Of a stretch of 64,000 nt of DNA, positions 1-10,047 are shown in pieces. The stretch covers positions 1,009 to 65,008 of the forward strand of contig DATIKH010000004.1 in NCBI GenBank assembly GCA_035477775.1, given 5' to 3'. A program made the translations under genes and the position numbers. The notes beneath the pieces were generated by a model that worked only from the letters and a program-made list of their open reading frames with translations, was not told the DNA's origin and ran no database searches. How positions within the stretch are numbered: position 1 is the stretch's first letter; every line of letters starts with the position of its first letter. Origin of the DNA: Bacteroidales bacterium. GTDB lineage: Bacteria; Bacteroidota; Bacteroidia; Bacteroidales; UBA7960.

Positions 1-3000
1 AAAGCGTGGGTATGGATGCCATTGCCATAACCGATCACGGCAATATGTACGGCGTGCTCCAATTTACAGAGACGGCCAAGAAAAAAGGCATAAAGCCCAT
101 TATCGGTTGTGAGGTTTATGTAGCAGATGGCACCCGGTTCGATAAAAAAGGACGCGAAGACCGAAGTGGTTATCACCTGGTGTTGTTAGCTAAAAACCGC
201 GAAGGTTACGAGAACCTTTCACGGTTGGTTTCATTGGGATTTATTGAAGGGTTCTACTACACGCCCCGTATCGACAAGGAATTGCTCAAAAAATACAGCA
301 ATGGTCTGATTGCCTCCTCAGCCTGCCTGGCCGGCGAAATACCTCAGAACCTGATGGATAAAGGACTGGAACAGGCTGGGACGGTTTTACAGGAATTTAT
401 TGACATTTTTGGCGGGGATTTTTATTTAGAGCTCCAGAGGCACGGCATTCCTGAGCAGGAACCCGTAAACCAGCAATTGCTGGAGCTTGCAAAGCGACAC
501 CAGGTAAAGGTGATTGCCACCAACGATGTGCATTATATTAATGCTGATGATGCACGCGCCCACGATATCCTCATTTGTCTTCAAACGGGCAAAGACCTTG
601 AAGATACCAACCGCATGAAATATTCGGGGCAGGAGTACCTGAAAACAGGGCAGGAGATGGCCGAACTTTTTTCCGACATACCGGAAGCCCTTGAAAATAC
701 ACGGGAGATTGTAGATAAAGTTGAAAATTTTTCCATCACATCAAAAAAAATCCTGCTCCCCGTTTTTCCCTTGCCCGAAGGTTTTACCAGCGAGGACGAC
801 TACCTCAAACATCTGGCCTACCGGGGAGCCCACAAACTATACCATGAAGTAGATGAGGTTCTGTCGCAGCGGATCGATTTTGAGCTTGAAGTAATAAAAA
901 ATATGGGGTTTGCCGGGTACTTTCTGATAGTGCAGGACTTTATCAATGAGGCGCGCAACATGGGAGTGTCGGTAGGTCCGGGAAGGGGCAGCGCTGCCGG
1001 CTCTGTAGTGGCCTATTGCACGGGAATAACCACGATCGACCCGATAAAATACAATCTGCTGTTCGAGCGGTTCCTGAACCCCGAACGTATCTCCATGCCC
1101 GACATCGATATCGACTTCGACGATGAGGGTCGCGATAAGGTTTTGAATTATGTAATCCAGAAGTATGGCTCAGACAAGGTTGCCCAAATTGTAACCTTTG
1201 GCACCATGGCAGCCAAATCATCCATCAGGGATGTAGCCAGGGTGCTAAAACTTCCACTGCCTGAGGCCGACAGGCTTGCCAAACTGGTTCCGGAAAAACC
1301 AGGCATTACACTTGAAACCGCCTACAAGGAAGTACCAGAACTGGCACAGGCAGTAAAGGATCCAAATCCCCTGATACAGGAAACCCTCAAGTATGCCAAG
1401 ATTCTCGAAGGCTCAAACCGGCAAACCGGGGTGCATGCCTGCGGGGTTATCATAGGGCCCAGAAACCTGGTGGATTGCCTTCCGCTGAGCACCCAAAAGG
1501 ACAGTGAATTGCCGGTTACCCAGTACGAAGGAAAGTATGTGGAGTCGGTTGGCATGCTGAAAATGGACTTCCTCGGATTGAAAACGCTCAGCATTATAAA
1601 TGAGGCAGTTAAGAATGTTAAAAAGACCCGGGGTGTAACAATAGATGTAGAAGCCATTCCGCTCGATGACGAAAAAACCTTCCAGCTTTTTCAAAGAGCA
1701 GAAACCATTGGTTTGTTCCAGTTCGAATCGGATGGCATGCGCGAATATCTGAAGGACTTAAAACCTACCGATATTGAAGACCTTATCGCCATGAATGCCC
1801 TGTACCGCCCCGGGCCTATGGAGTTTATCCCCACTTACATCAGCCGGAAGCATGGCCGGCAAAAGACCGAATACGCCCATCCCTGGCTTGAGGAAATTTT
1901 GAAGCCAACCTATGGTATTATGGTTTACCAGGAGCAAATTATGCAGGCAGCCCAGATCATGGCGGGCTTCTCGCTGGGAAGCGCCGACATACTCAGGAGG
2001 GCCATGGGTAAGAAAAACAAGGAAGAAATGGACCGGCAGCGGGCTTTCTTTGTTGATGGGGCCTTAAACAAAGGAATTGATAAGGAAAAAGCCGTAAATA
2101 TTTTCGAAGTAATGTCGCGGTTTGCCGAATACGGCTTCAACCGCTCGCACTCGGCTGCATATGCAGTGCTTGCCTACAAGACAGCCTACCTGAAGGCCAA
2201 TTACCCTTCTGAATATATGGCTGGAGTGCTTACCAATAATATTAGCGACTTAAAGAAAATAACACAGATGATGGAGGAGTGCCAGCGCTTGAAAATCAAG
2301 GTGCTCGGTCCCGATGTCAATGAGAGCCAACTCAATTTTGTGGTGAACAGCAAGGGTGAAATTCGTTTTGGATTGGGCGCCCTGAAAGGGGTTGGCGAGG
2401 CAGCGGTTGAAGCCGTTGTTGAGGAAAGGGATACCAATGGTCCCTTTCGGAATATTTTTGACTTTGCCAGGAGGGTGAACCTGCGAAACGTCAACAAGCG
2501 CGTATTCGAATCTATGGCTATGGCCGGAGCGTTCGATTGTTTCGAGAACACCCACAGGGCTCAGTATTTTCACTCAGAAGGCAATGACCAAACCGTGTTT
2601 ATCGATAAGGTCATAAAGCACGCAAACATCCTTGCGAGCAAAGAAAATGCCTCGCAAATGAATCTTTTTGATGAGAGCCAGGAAGTGGCCATACCGGATC
2701 CTATTCTCCCCAGTTGTCCTCCCTGGAGCAAACTCGAAATGCTTAGGCAAGAGAAGGAGGTTACCGGCATGTACATTTCGGGCCATCCACTCGACGATTT
2801 CAAGATTGAAATCCAGGCTACCTGCAATGTAACCATAGCCGATCTCGAAAATCTGAATGCCTTGAAAAACCGTGAAATTACCTTTGCAGGAATCATCACT
2901 TCGGCCAACCATAAGATCGCAAAAAATGGCAACCCATTCGGTTCGTTTGTAATTGAAGACTATAGCGACTCCATTCAGTTATTCCTTTTTGCCGAAGATT

Positions 3001-3374
3001 ACCTGAAAATGAAACATTTTCTCGAAAATCAAACCTTTGTTCAGGTCAAGGCGAAAGTACAGGAGCGTCGTAACAATGCGCAATCCGAAATAAAGATCAA
3101 AAGCATGTGCCTGCTTTCCGACCTGGCAGAAAAGGGATTTGCGGAGTTCACACTGTTTATACCATTAAGCAATCTAACCGATGAGTTAATTGACCAGATC
3201 AAAGAGTTGGCCAAAGCACACAAAGGCAAGACCAAGTTTGTGGTTTCAATTGATGATCACAGAGAGCAACTTTCATTGGAAATGGTTTCACGAAGTTTGA
3301 AGATCGAACCTGTTGAATTTTTGAAGCAGCTACTCAAAGACCATGAGTTTGTTTACAGGCTCAACGGCAATTAA
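1..3374 (+). CDS. dnaE: DNA polymerase III alpha subunit, 5'-truncated by the window edge
   Basis: The reading frame of ORF 6..3374 stays open to base 1. It shows a PHP-domain start (AITDHGNMYGV), polymerase core motifs (GPGRGSAAGS, PDIDIDF, MDFLGLKTL, FNRSHSAAYA) and an OB-fold C-terminus. Roughly 30 N-terminal codons are missing. Confidence 0.95.
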   Translation, partial: SVGMDAIAITDHGNMYGVLQFTETAKKKGIKPIIGCEVYVADGTRFDKKGREDRSGYHLVLLAKNREGYENLSRLVSLGFIEGFYYTPRIDKELLKKYSNGLIASSACLAGEIPQNLMDKGLEQAGTVLQEFIDIFGGDFYLELQRHGIPEQEPVNQQLLELAKRHQVKVIATNDVHYINADDARAHDILICLQTGKDLEDTNRMKYSGQEYLKTGQEMAELFSDIPEALENTREIVDKVENFSITSKKILLPVFPLPEGFTSEDDYLKHLAYRGAHKLYHEVDEVLSQRIDFELEVIKNMGFAGYFLIVQDFINEARNMGVSVGPGRGSAAGSVVAYCTGITTIDPIKYNLLFERFLNPERISMPDIDIDFDDEGRDKVLNYVIQKYGSDKVAQIVTFGTMAAKSSIRDVARVLKLPLPEADRLAKLVPEKPGITLETAYKEVPELAQAVKDPNPLIQETLKYAKILEGSNRQTGVHACGVIIGPRNLVDCLPLSTQKDSELPVTQYEGKYVESVGMLKMDFLGLKTLSIINEAVKNVKKTRGVTIDVEAIPLDDEKTFQLFQRAETIGLFQFESDGMREYLKDLKPTDIEDLIAMNALYRPGPMEFIPTYISRKHGRQKTEYAHPWLEEILKPTYGIMVYQEQIMQAAQIMAGFSLGSADILRRAMGKKNKEEMDRQRAFFVDGALNKGIDKEKAVNIFEVMSRFAEYGFNRSHSAAYAVLAYKTAYLKANYPSEYMAGVLTNNISDLKKITQMMEECQRLKIKVLGPDVNESQLNFVVNSKGEIRFGLGALKGVGEAAVEAVVEERDTNGPFRNIFDFARRVNLRNVNKRVFESMAMAGAFDCFENTHRAQYFHSEGNDQTVFIDKVIKHANILASKENASQMNLFDESQEVAIPDPILPSCPPWSKLEMLRQEKEVTGMYISGHPLDDFKIEIQATCNVTIADLENLNALKNREITFAGIITSANHKIAKNGNPFGSFVIEDYSDSIQLFLFAEDYLKMKHFLENQTFVQVKAKVQERRNNAQSEIKIKSMCLLSDLAEKGFAEFTLFIPLSNLTDELIDQIKELAKAHKGKTKFVVSIDDHREQLSLEMVSRSLKIEPVEFLKQLLKDHEFVYRLNGN

Positions 3375-3443
3375 TTTGCATAAACTCGACCTGATTTTTG
3401 AAAGTTTTATGAAAGGTTTTAGTGTTTGTTTTAAAAAAATATT

Positions 3444-3451
3444 TACGTTTG
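3444..3451 (+). promoter_or_regulatory. Candidate Bacteroidota -7 promoter box (TAcgTTTG) upstream of trxA
   Basis: Matches the TAnnTTTG consensus 32 nt upstream of the trxA ATG. A TTTG lies at 3425-3428, but its spacing is shorter than the consensus. Confidence 0.35.
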
Positions 3452-3482
3452 TCATAACACATAAATTTTAAAATTCAATTTC

Positions 3483-3800
3483 ATGGCACTTGAAATTACC
3501 GATTCAAATTTTGAAGAGATCGTATTGAAATCGACCAAACCGGTTTTGGTAGATTTTTGGGCAGAGTGGTGTGGTCCTTGCAGAATGGTAGGGCCAATTG
3601 TTTCGGAAATAGCCATAGAATACGAGAAAAAAGCGGTTGTTGGAAAAATTGATGTTGACAGCAATCCACAAATTTCGACCAACTACGGAATACGGAATAT
3701 CCCCACCATACTTTTTTTTAAGGACGGTCAGGTTGTTGACAAGCAGGTTGGCGCCGTTCCAAAGGCTGTGCTGGTGGCTAAATTGGAGAAACTTATTTAG
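3483..3800 (+). CDS. trxA: Thioredoxin
   Basis: 105 aa with the WCGPC active site and a typical thioredoxin length and layout. Confidence 0.95.
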   Translation: MALEITDSNFEEIVLKSTKPVLVDFWAEWCGPCRMVGPIVSEIAIEYEKKAVVGKIDVDSNPQISTNYGIRNIPTILFFKDGQVVDKQVGAVPKAVLVAKLEKLI

Positions 3801-3819
3801 CAGGAGCATTCTTGAAAAT

Positions 3820-3852
3820 GGCTGTCCCAAGCAGGTGGGATGGCCTTTTTTT
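3820..3852 (+). terminator. Rho-independent terminator after trxA
   Basis: 10-bp stem ggctgtccca/tgggatggcc (two G-U pairs), 6-nt loop, followed by a T7 run. Confidence 0.7.
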
Positions 3853-4045
3853 ATAAAATATTGCCTGGTTTTTAGTTTATATTAAGATCGCATCAACCGG
3901 TCAGGAAACAAGATATTTTTATTGTTTTCCTGGCAATTTTTATACATTTACTTAGAAATAATAAACAAACTACATGGTGTTTGGTGCAGAAATAAATATT
4001 GCCTGCCCTGCTATTGCTCAAATTCTGGTGCTTTTTCAGGGTTTG

Positions 4046-5047
4046 ATGGTAGAAGGATTCAACTTGTATTTTTTGCACCTTGGGTTAGTTGCAGCTCTGG
4101 TATTATTGGTTATTTTGATTTACCGGGTGCAAAACAAAAGAAACACGCAGCATGAGTCCCTTCTTGAAAAGCACCTCGAGGAGTTAAAAAAATCAAACCT
4201 TGCCCTCGACGAAACCAGACATCAGTTGAAACTTAGGGATAAATTTCTTCAAGAGGCCATGGTGCTTATAGATGAAAACGGTATAGTTTATTATCTAAAC
4301 AATCAGGCAGCAGAGATTTTTGGCCAAACACCAGAGAAGATTCTTTATCATCCTTTGCCAGCGTGGGTTCGTTCAGAGGCAAGAAATCCCCTGAATACCA
4401 CCGGAAAACTAAAACCTGGATTGAATTACTCCTCCATGGCGCAATGTTCGGTCGGAGAGAAAATATACTTATTCAAAACAAAATGGAGTTTTTTCCCAAC
4501 ACGCGAAGGGAAGGATGGGGCTGCAGTTGTTTTCATCGATTTTTCGGAACTGCTTGAGGCTGAGAAAAGGTCACAACAACTTTTAATCGAAAAAAATGAG
4601 ATCAATAAGCAATTGAATTGTCTCTTCGATATATGCGATGTTTCCGGAGTTCCCGACATTACTTTCGAGGGTATTCTCGAAAAGTCTGTGTCCATAATTC
4701 CCAATGGATTGAAATACTCCCACGATGCCTACACAGAGATTCAATACGGTAATAAAGTATTGCGGTCGCCCAATTACAAGGAAACCTCCTGGAGTTTTAT
4801 TGCGCCTATCAAGATCCGAAACAAGAAACTTGGATATGTAAAGGTTGGATACCTTACCGAAAAACCCAACCACAGCCGCGATGCATTTCACCTGAACGAA
4901 AAACTCCTGATTAAAACCATCGCAGAAAAACTGGGTCAGGTTATTGAATACCTGAGTCTGGAGCAAAAGTTAGCAGCCTGCGATCCAAAACCTGCCTCAC
5001 CTGCAAAAAGCCCGACCAGGCAAAAAAAAACGCCCCCTAAAGAATAG
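4046..5047 (+). CDS. Membrane-anchored PAS plus GAF-like sensor protein with no recognisable output domain
   Basis: ORF 3974..5047; I prefer the ATG at 4046, just ahead of the single TM helix (LHLGLVAALVLLVILIY). This is followed by a coiled coil, a PAS-like segment (LIDENGIVYYLNNQAAEIFG) and a GAF-like C-terminal half, ending in a low-complexity Pro/Lys tail. The start codon is uncertain. Confidence 0.6.
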   Translation: MVEGFNLYFLHLGLVAALVLLVILIYRVQNKRNTQHESLLEKHLEELKKSNLALDETRHQLKLRDKFLQEAMVLIDENGIVYYLNNQAAEIFGQTPEKILYHPLPAWVRSEARNPLNTTGKLKPGLNYSSMAQCSVGEKIYLFKTKWSFFPTREGKDGAAVVFIDFSELLEAEKRSQQLLIEKNEINKQLNCLFDICDVSGVPDITFEGILEKSVSIIPNGLKYSHDAYTEIQYGNKVLRSPNYKETSWSFIAPIKIRNKKLGYVKVGYLTEKPNHSRDAFHLNEKLLIKTIAEKLGQVIEYLSLEQKLAACDPKPASPAKSPTRQKKTPPKE

Positions 5048-5092
5048 GGAGCGCCATTATCATTGGCAGGCAAATCAGTTCACCTGCAATTA

Positions 5093-6340
5093 TTACTGTT
5101 GAATATTAACGAATGAACCAGTCCGGTATTTTCCATTATCAAGATTGGCCTTAAGCTTCGAGAAAGATTCCAAGGTGTATTCCACATCTTCAAGGGTGTG
5201 CATGGAAGTGGGGATGATCCTGATGATGATGACTCCTTTGGGAACAACCGGATAGCCTACTACCGAGCAAAAAATATTGTAATTTTCGCGGAGGTCGTGA
5301 GCCAGGTTGGCAGCTTCTGTCGGGTCGCCATTCAAAAATATGGGTGTAACCGGCGATTCCGTATTGCCAAGGTTGAACCCCCGCTCTTTAAATCCCTTTT
5401 GAAGGGCATTGGCAATAGTCCAAAGTTTTGTGCGGTACTCGGGATGCTTTCTTATCAGTTCTAGCCTTTTAAGACCGCCTATTACCAAGGGCATTGGCAG
5501 CGATTTGGCAAAGATCTGACTGCGCATATTGTAAGCCAGATAGAAGATTACCTCTTTTGTAGATGCAACGAAAGCGCCTATTGAAGCAAAAGCTTTGGCA
5601 AATGTTCCGAAATAGATGTCAACGCCATCCTGAACTCCCAGATGCTCGTCGGTGCCGCCGCCATTCGGGCCCATAATCCCAACGCCGTGGGCATCATCAA
5701 CCAGCAGCCTGAAATTGAAATCTTTTTTCATTGCAACAATCTCGTCAAGCTTTCCGAGGTCGCCCGACATTCCAAACACTCCTTCGGTAATAACCAGGAT
5801 TCCACCGCCTGTTTGTTGCGTTATTTTGGTTGCACGTTCCAATTGCTTACGCAAATTTTCCATATTGTTGTGCGGAAACACGAACCTTTTTCCAAAATGT
5901 AACCTTACGCCGTCAACGATGCAGGCATGCGATTCGGAGTCGTAAACAATTACATCGTGACGATTAACCATGGCCTCGATAATGGAAACCATGCCCTGGT
6001 ATCCGAAGTTCAGCAAATAAGCTGCTTCTTTATTTACAAAGGCGGCAAGTTCCCTTTCGAGTTGCTCGTGGTAGTCGCTTTGTCCCGACATCATACGGGC
6101 GCCCATAGGATAGGCCATTCCATAATGACTGGCTGCTTCGGTGTCGGTTTGCCTTACTTCGGGATGATTTGCAAGACCCAGATAATTGTTCAAACTCCAG
6201 ACAAGTTTTTCCTTGCCTCGAAATTTCATACGTGGCGAAATTTCGCCTTCAAGTTTTGGAAAAGTCCAATACCCATGAATGCTCTTGGCATATTGCCCAA
6301 TAGGGCCCAGATTCTTTGTTGCTTTATCAAAAACGTCCAC
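5093..6340 (-). CDS. PLP-dependent alpha-oxoamine synthase family enzyme (KBL/BioF/serine palmitoyltransferase-like)
   Basis: 415 aa with NNYLGLANHPEV, DDAHGVG and the PLP-lysine context GTFAKAF. The overall layout resembles Bacteroidota SPT-like enzymes. Substrate cannot be assigned from sequence alone. Confidence 0.8.
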   Translation of the reverse strand: MDVFDKATKNLGPIGQYAKSIHGYWTFPKLEGEISPRMKFRGKEKLVWSLNNYLGLANHPEVRQTDTEAASHYGMAYPMGARMMSGQSDYHEQLERELAAFVNKEAAYLLNFGYQGMVSIIEAMVNRHDVIVYDSESHACIVDGVRLHFGKRFVFPHNNMENLRKQLERATKITQQTGGGILVITEGVFGMSGDLGKLDEIVAMKKDFNFRLLVDDAHGVGIMGPNGGGTDEHLGVQDGVDIYFGTFAKAFASIGAFVASTKEVIFYLAYNMRSQIFAKSLPMPLVIGGLKRLELIRKHPEYRTKLWTIANALQKGFKERGFNLGNTESPVTPIFLNGDPTEAANLAHDLRENYNIFCSVVGYPVVPKGVIIIRIIPTSMHTLEDVEYTLESFSKLKANLDNGKYRTGSFVNIQQ

Positions 6341-6452
6341 GTCAGTTATTTTAAATTAATATTACGGGTTTGCAAACTTAATCTTTATTAAAAAAACGAC
6401 AAATTTTTTTTTCGCTCCTGCTACCGGAGTTGAAACTCAGCAAAGAATTGGG

Positions 6453-7142
6453 CTAAACAAACAAATTTCCGAAAAATAATTTCGGGTCAGGGCAAATTTG
6501 TTCAAATGTATTTACCTCATGCGAATGGCAAACACCCGGAAAATCACCTTGAAATCCCATCATATCGCCAATAACTTGAAAGTGAAGGTGGGGCGGCCAG
6601 TTGCCGTTGGCAGGAAAATTTCCGATGCTGCAGAATGGTTCCCCGTGATTTATGGCCATTCCCTGATACAATCCCTCAAGCGATTCGGGCGAAAGGTGTC
6701 CGTACAATGTAAAAAACCGGTGCTTTTTTAATTGGTGTTCCAAAATTATCGTAGGCCCGTAATCGCCCAGCCGGTCATTGTTCTTAAAACTATGTACCCT
6801 GCCTTGAAGAGGTGCATAAATCTTTTCTCCGGCTTCCGCCCAGATGTCCACCCCAAGATGAATATTTCGGACTTCATCCTGCTTGTTAAAAAACAAATCG
6901 CTGACCTTGTATAAGCTCCGGTTTTCCAGGTATCCGCCGTATCCGTATTTCTTCCCATGAGTTTTCAGAAGCATTGCGATGAATTCATTTACCTGCGAAG
7001 GGTTAGCAAAATCCATGTGTTCCAAGCTCCTGTTAGCAGAGGAGAAGTCCAAAAAGTAGGTGTTTTCGGCATCCAAATCGGGCAAAAAAAGCGGATGGAA
7101 TTCTTCTTTTAGGCTGAGTAGGGTTTGATACAATTCCGACAT
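6453..7142 (-). CDS. M23-family metallopeptidase-like protein
   Basis: 229 aa with HLGVD and PHLHFQV zinc-ligand motifs typical of M23/LytM. No obvious signal peptide. Confidence 0.65.
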   Translation of the reverse strand: MSELYQTLLSLKEEFHPLFLPDLDAENTYFLDFSSANRSLEHMDFANPSQVNEFIAMLLKTHGKKYGYGGYLENRSLYKVSDLFFNKQDEVRNIHLGVDIWAEAGEKIYAPLQGRVHSFKNNDRLGDYGPTIILEHQLKKHRFFTLYGHLSPESLEGLYQGMAINHGEPFCSIGNFPANGNWPPHLHFQVIGDMMGFQGDFPGVCHSHEVNTFEQICPDPKLFFGNLFV

Positions 7143-7151
7143 CCTGCAGGT

Positions 7152-9179
7152 TTATTTAAATTTTTCTTTAAAAACGTTTTCGAGGGCATACAGCTCATCT
7201 CGCCAACGGGCAGCTTCCATAAAATCGAGCGCTTTTGCTGCTTTCTCCATTTCTTTTCTTGTTTTATTAATGGCCTTTTGCAATTGCTCCCTGCCCATAT
7301 ACTGCACTACCGGATCGGCGGCAATATCAGGCATTTCTTTTTCGATATAAATTTTGCTGCCAGGCGTAGCCATGCCTGCAACCCTGGTTTGATTGTGAAT
7401 GGCTTCTACCGATTTCCTTATCTGAGCAGGGGTAATGTTGTTCTCAGAGTTGTACCGGAGCTGTTTTTCGCGCTTGCGGTTTGTTTCATCAATGGTTTGC
7501 TGCATGCTCCGGGTAATTTTATCGGCATACATAATTACCAGGCTGTTCAGGTTTCGGGCAGCCCGTCCGGCAGTCTGTATAAGCGACCTTTCCGATCGCA
7601 GGAAACCTTCCTTGTCTGCATCAAGAATGGCAACGAGCGACACCTCCGGCAAATCAAGCCCCTCCCTGAGCAGATTCACCCCAATAAGCACGTCAAAGTT
7701 TCCCAGTCGCAGGTCTCTGAGAATCTCAACCCTTTCGATGGTATCTACATCTGCATGGATATAACGGGACTTGACTCCGGCATTGGCGAAATATTTTGCC
7801 AATTCTTCAGCCATGCGTTTTGTCAGCGTGGTTACCAGGGTTCGTTCATGAGCGTCAATACGGCGGTTGATTTCCTCTAACAAGTCGTCGATCTGGTTTA
7901 AACTCGGCCGGACCTCTATGACCGGTTCGAGCAGGCCTGTTGGGCGTATCAGTTGTTCTACTACCACCCCTTCGCTTTTCACCAATTCATATTCGGCGGG
8001 TGTTGCACTCACAAAGATGACCTGGTTTACGGCCTTTTCAAACTCTTCGAATTTCAACGGCCTGTTGTCCATTGCTGCCGGAAGCCTGAACCCGTATTCT
8101 ACCAGGTTTTGCTTTCGCGAAAAGTCGCCTCCATACATCGCCCTGATTTGCGGCATGGTTACGTGGCTTTCGTCAACCACCAACAGGAAGTCATCGGGAA
8201 AGTAATCTATGAGGCAGAACGGGCGTGACCCTTCCTTTCGACCATCGAAATACCTGCTGTAGTTCTCAATGCCCGGGCAAAATCCCAGTTCCCTGATCAT
8301 TTCAAGGTCATAATTCACACGGTCCTCAATCCTCCTGGCCTCCAATTCCCGACCGGTATTCCTGAAAAAAGCTACCTGCTTTACCAAGTCGTCCTGAATC
8401 TGTCGTATGGCATATTCCATCCTGTCTTTCGAAGTAACAAAAATATTGGCAGGGTAAATGGCCAGGTGATCCTGCTGTTGAATTTTCTTGCCGCTGATTG
8501 GGTCAATGGACTCCAGCGCTTCAACCTGATCGCCCCAGAAATGAATACGGTAGGCAATGTCGGCATAGGCAGGGAAAACATCGAGCGTGTCGCCCCTGAC
8601 CCTGAAGTTGCCCCTGTTGAAATCGGCCATCGTGCGCGTGTATAAACTTGAAACAAGCCTGTGAAGCAGCTTGTTGCGACTTAAGGTTTCGCCGCGGGTC
8701 AGACGGATGATGTTGTTTGTAAAATCATCGGGATTGCCAATTCCATAGATGCACGAAACGGAGCTTACCACAACCACATCACGCCTGCCCGATAGCAGAG
8801 TGCTTGATGCACTCAAGCGCAACTTTTCGATTTCGTCGTTTATCGAAAGGTCTTTTTCAATATAGGTGTTGGTTGAGGGAATGTAAGCTTCGGGCTGGTA
8901 ATAATCGTAGTACGAGACGAAATACTCCACGGCATTTTCGGGGAAAAACTGCTGAAACTCTCCGTAAAGTTGTGCTGCAAGGGTTTTGTTGTGGCTAAGT
9001 ACCAGCGCAGGGCGTTGAACCTTTTCCAATACGTTTGCAATCGTAAAGGTTTTGCCCGAACCGGTTACTCCCAAGAGGGTTTGAGCCGGTACCCCGTTCT
9101 GAATTCCATCGGCAAGCTGGGCTATTGCCTCCGGCTGATCACCGGTGGGCTGAAAATCTGCAACCAGTTTAAATTGCAT
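7152..9179 (-). CDS. uvrB: Excinuclease ABC subunit B
   Basis: 675 aa with Walker A GVTGSGKT, helicase motifs (VVDESHVT, GRAARN) and the C-terminal UVR motif (EAARWRDEL). Confidence 0.97.
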   Translation of the reverse strand: MQFKLVADFQPTGDQPEAIAQLADGIQNGVPAQTLLGVTGSGKTFTIANVLEKVQRPALVLSHNKTLAAQLYGEFQQFFPENAVEYFVSYYDYYQPEAYIPSTNTYIEKDLSINDEIEKLRLSASSTLLSGRRDVVVVSSVSCIYGIGNPDDFTNNIIRLTRGETLSRNKLLHRLVSSLYTRTMADFNRGNFRVRGDTLDVFPAYADIAYRIHFWGDQVEALESIDPISGKKIQQQDHLAIYPANIFVTSKDRMEYAIRQIQDDLVKQVAFFRNTGRELEARRIEDRVNYDLEMIRELGFCPGIENYSRYFDGRKEGSRPFCLIDYFPDDFLLVVDESHVTMPQIRAMYGGDFSRKQNLVEYGFRLPAAMDNRPLKFEEFEKAVNQVIFVSATPAEYELVKSEGVVVEQLIRPTGLLEPVIEVRPSLNQIDDLLEEINRRIDAHERTLVTTLTKRMAEELAKYFANAGVKSRYIHADVDTIERVEILRDLRLGNFDVLIGVNLLREGLDLPEVSLVAILDADKEGFLRSERSLIQTAGRAARNLNSLVIMYADKITRSMQQTIDETNRKREKQLRYNSENNITPAQIRKSVEAIHNQTRVAGMATPGSKIYIEKEMPDIAADPVVQYMGREQLQKAINKTRKEMEKAAKALDFMEAARWRDELYALENVFKEKFK

Positions 9180-9217
9180 TCAAAAGCTTTTTTGCAAAAG
9201 TACATATTTGCAGGCCC

Positions 9218-9254
9218 AAAAAAAGAAAGGGCTACCCGAACAGGTAACCCTTTC
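9218..9254 (-). terminator. Rho-independent terminator downstream of the small OMP gene
   Basis: 12-bp stem gaaagggctacc/ggtaaccctttc with one mismatch. The A7 run on the plus strand reads as a T-run after the hairpin on the minus strand. Confidence 0.6.
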
Positions 9255-9272
9255 CCATTAAAGCATTACTTT

Positions 9273-9746
9273 TTAAAAAACATACCTTATAGTAAGTCCG
9301 GCTCCAATCCAGAATCTGGTAACAGGTATCAAGTCGATTGAAGGGATCAGATCAACTCCGATACTGATAGGAATATCTTCGATTTTGTACTCCATACCTA
9401 CTACCCCAGATGCTCCAAGCACTGTTTGACCTCCCTCAACATCCCAAGATGGATGATAAACCCCATCGTAAAAGCCCACAAAACCACCTCCACCATAATA
9501 CCATCTCAAACCCGGCACATCAAAAGCACCCACATGACGCTGATACAGAACGGTAAGGAGCAATCCCCTGTGGTGAAATGCTCCAACAAATTCCAAAGCA
9601 TCGCTGTCTGATAGAAATTGTTTGAAGGACACCCCTGAGAATACGCCTCCGCGAATACCAATCCCCGAATTGTAATCCTGAGCCCTGCCCGCTTGTACCA
9701 GCAGAAGGACGAAGCATAAAGACAAAATTATTTTTTTCATTGGCAA
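9273..9746 (-). CDS. Small outer-membrane beta-barrel protein
   Basis: 157 aa with a signal peptide (MKKIILSLCFVLLLVQAGRAQ), Gly/aromatic-rich alternating strands and a C-terminal aromatic residue (..IRYVF). Confidence 0.7.
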   Translation of the reverse strand: MPMKKIILSLCFVLLLVQAGRAQDYNSGIGIRGGVFSGVSFKQFLSDSDALEFVGAFHHRGLLLTVLYQRHVGAFDVPGLRWYYGGGGFVGFYDGVYHPSWDVEGGQTVLGASGVVGMEYKIEDIPISIGVDLIPSIDLIPVTRFWIGAGLTIRYVF

Positions 9747-10047
9747 TAGTTTTAAAAATTAGTTTTAGCGATTCTTGAAGTGAATTATTACTGGTTTTAA
9801 AAAACCATAACGAAAACCCAGCACGAAAACGTCCAATATCTGGTATTTATTTCCAGCTTGTTTCAATCTTGTTATTTTAAGAAATTCATAAATTAAATCA
9901 TTTATCTGCAAGCATTTAGGTCGTATTGCGGATTCAATCTATGTTTTTCGAGTAAACAACAAAATTAATCATTTCTATTAATTGGAAAACTCTAAATCTG
10001 ACGTTGTTTTTTCTACACTTAAAAAAAGAGCATAAGTCTTTCTCGAG

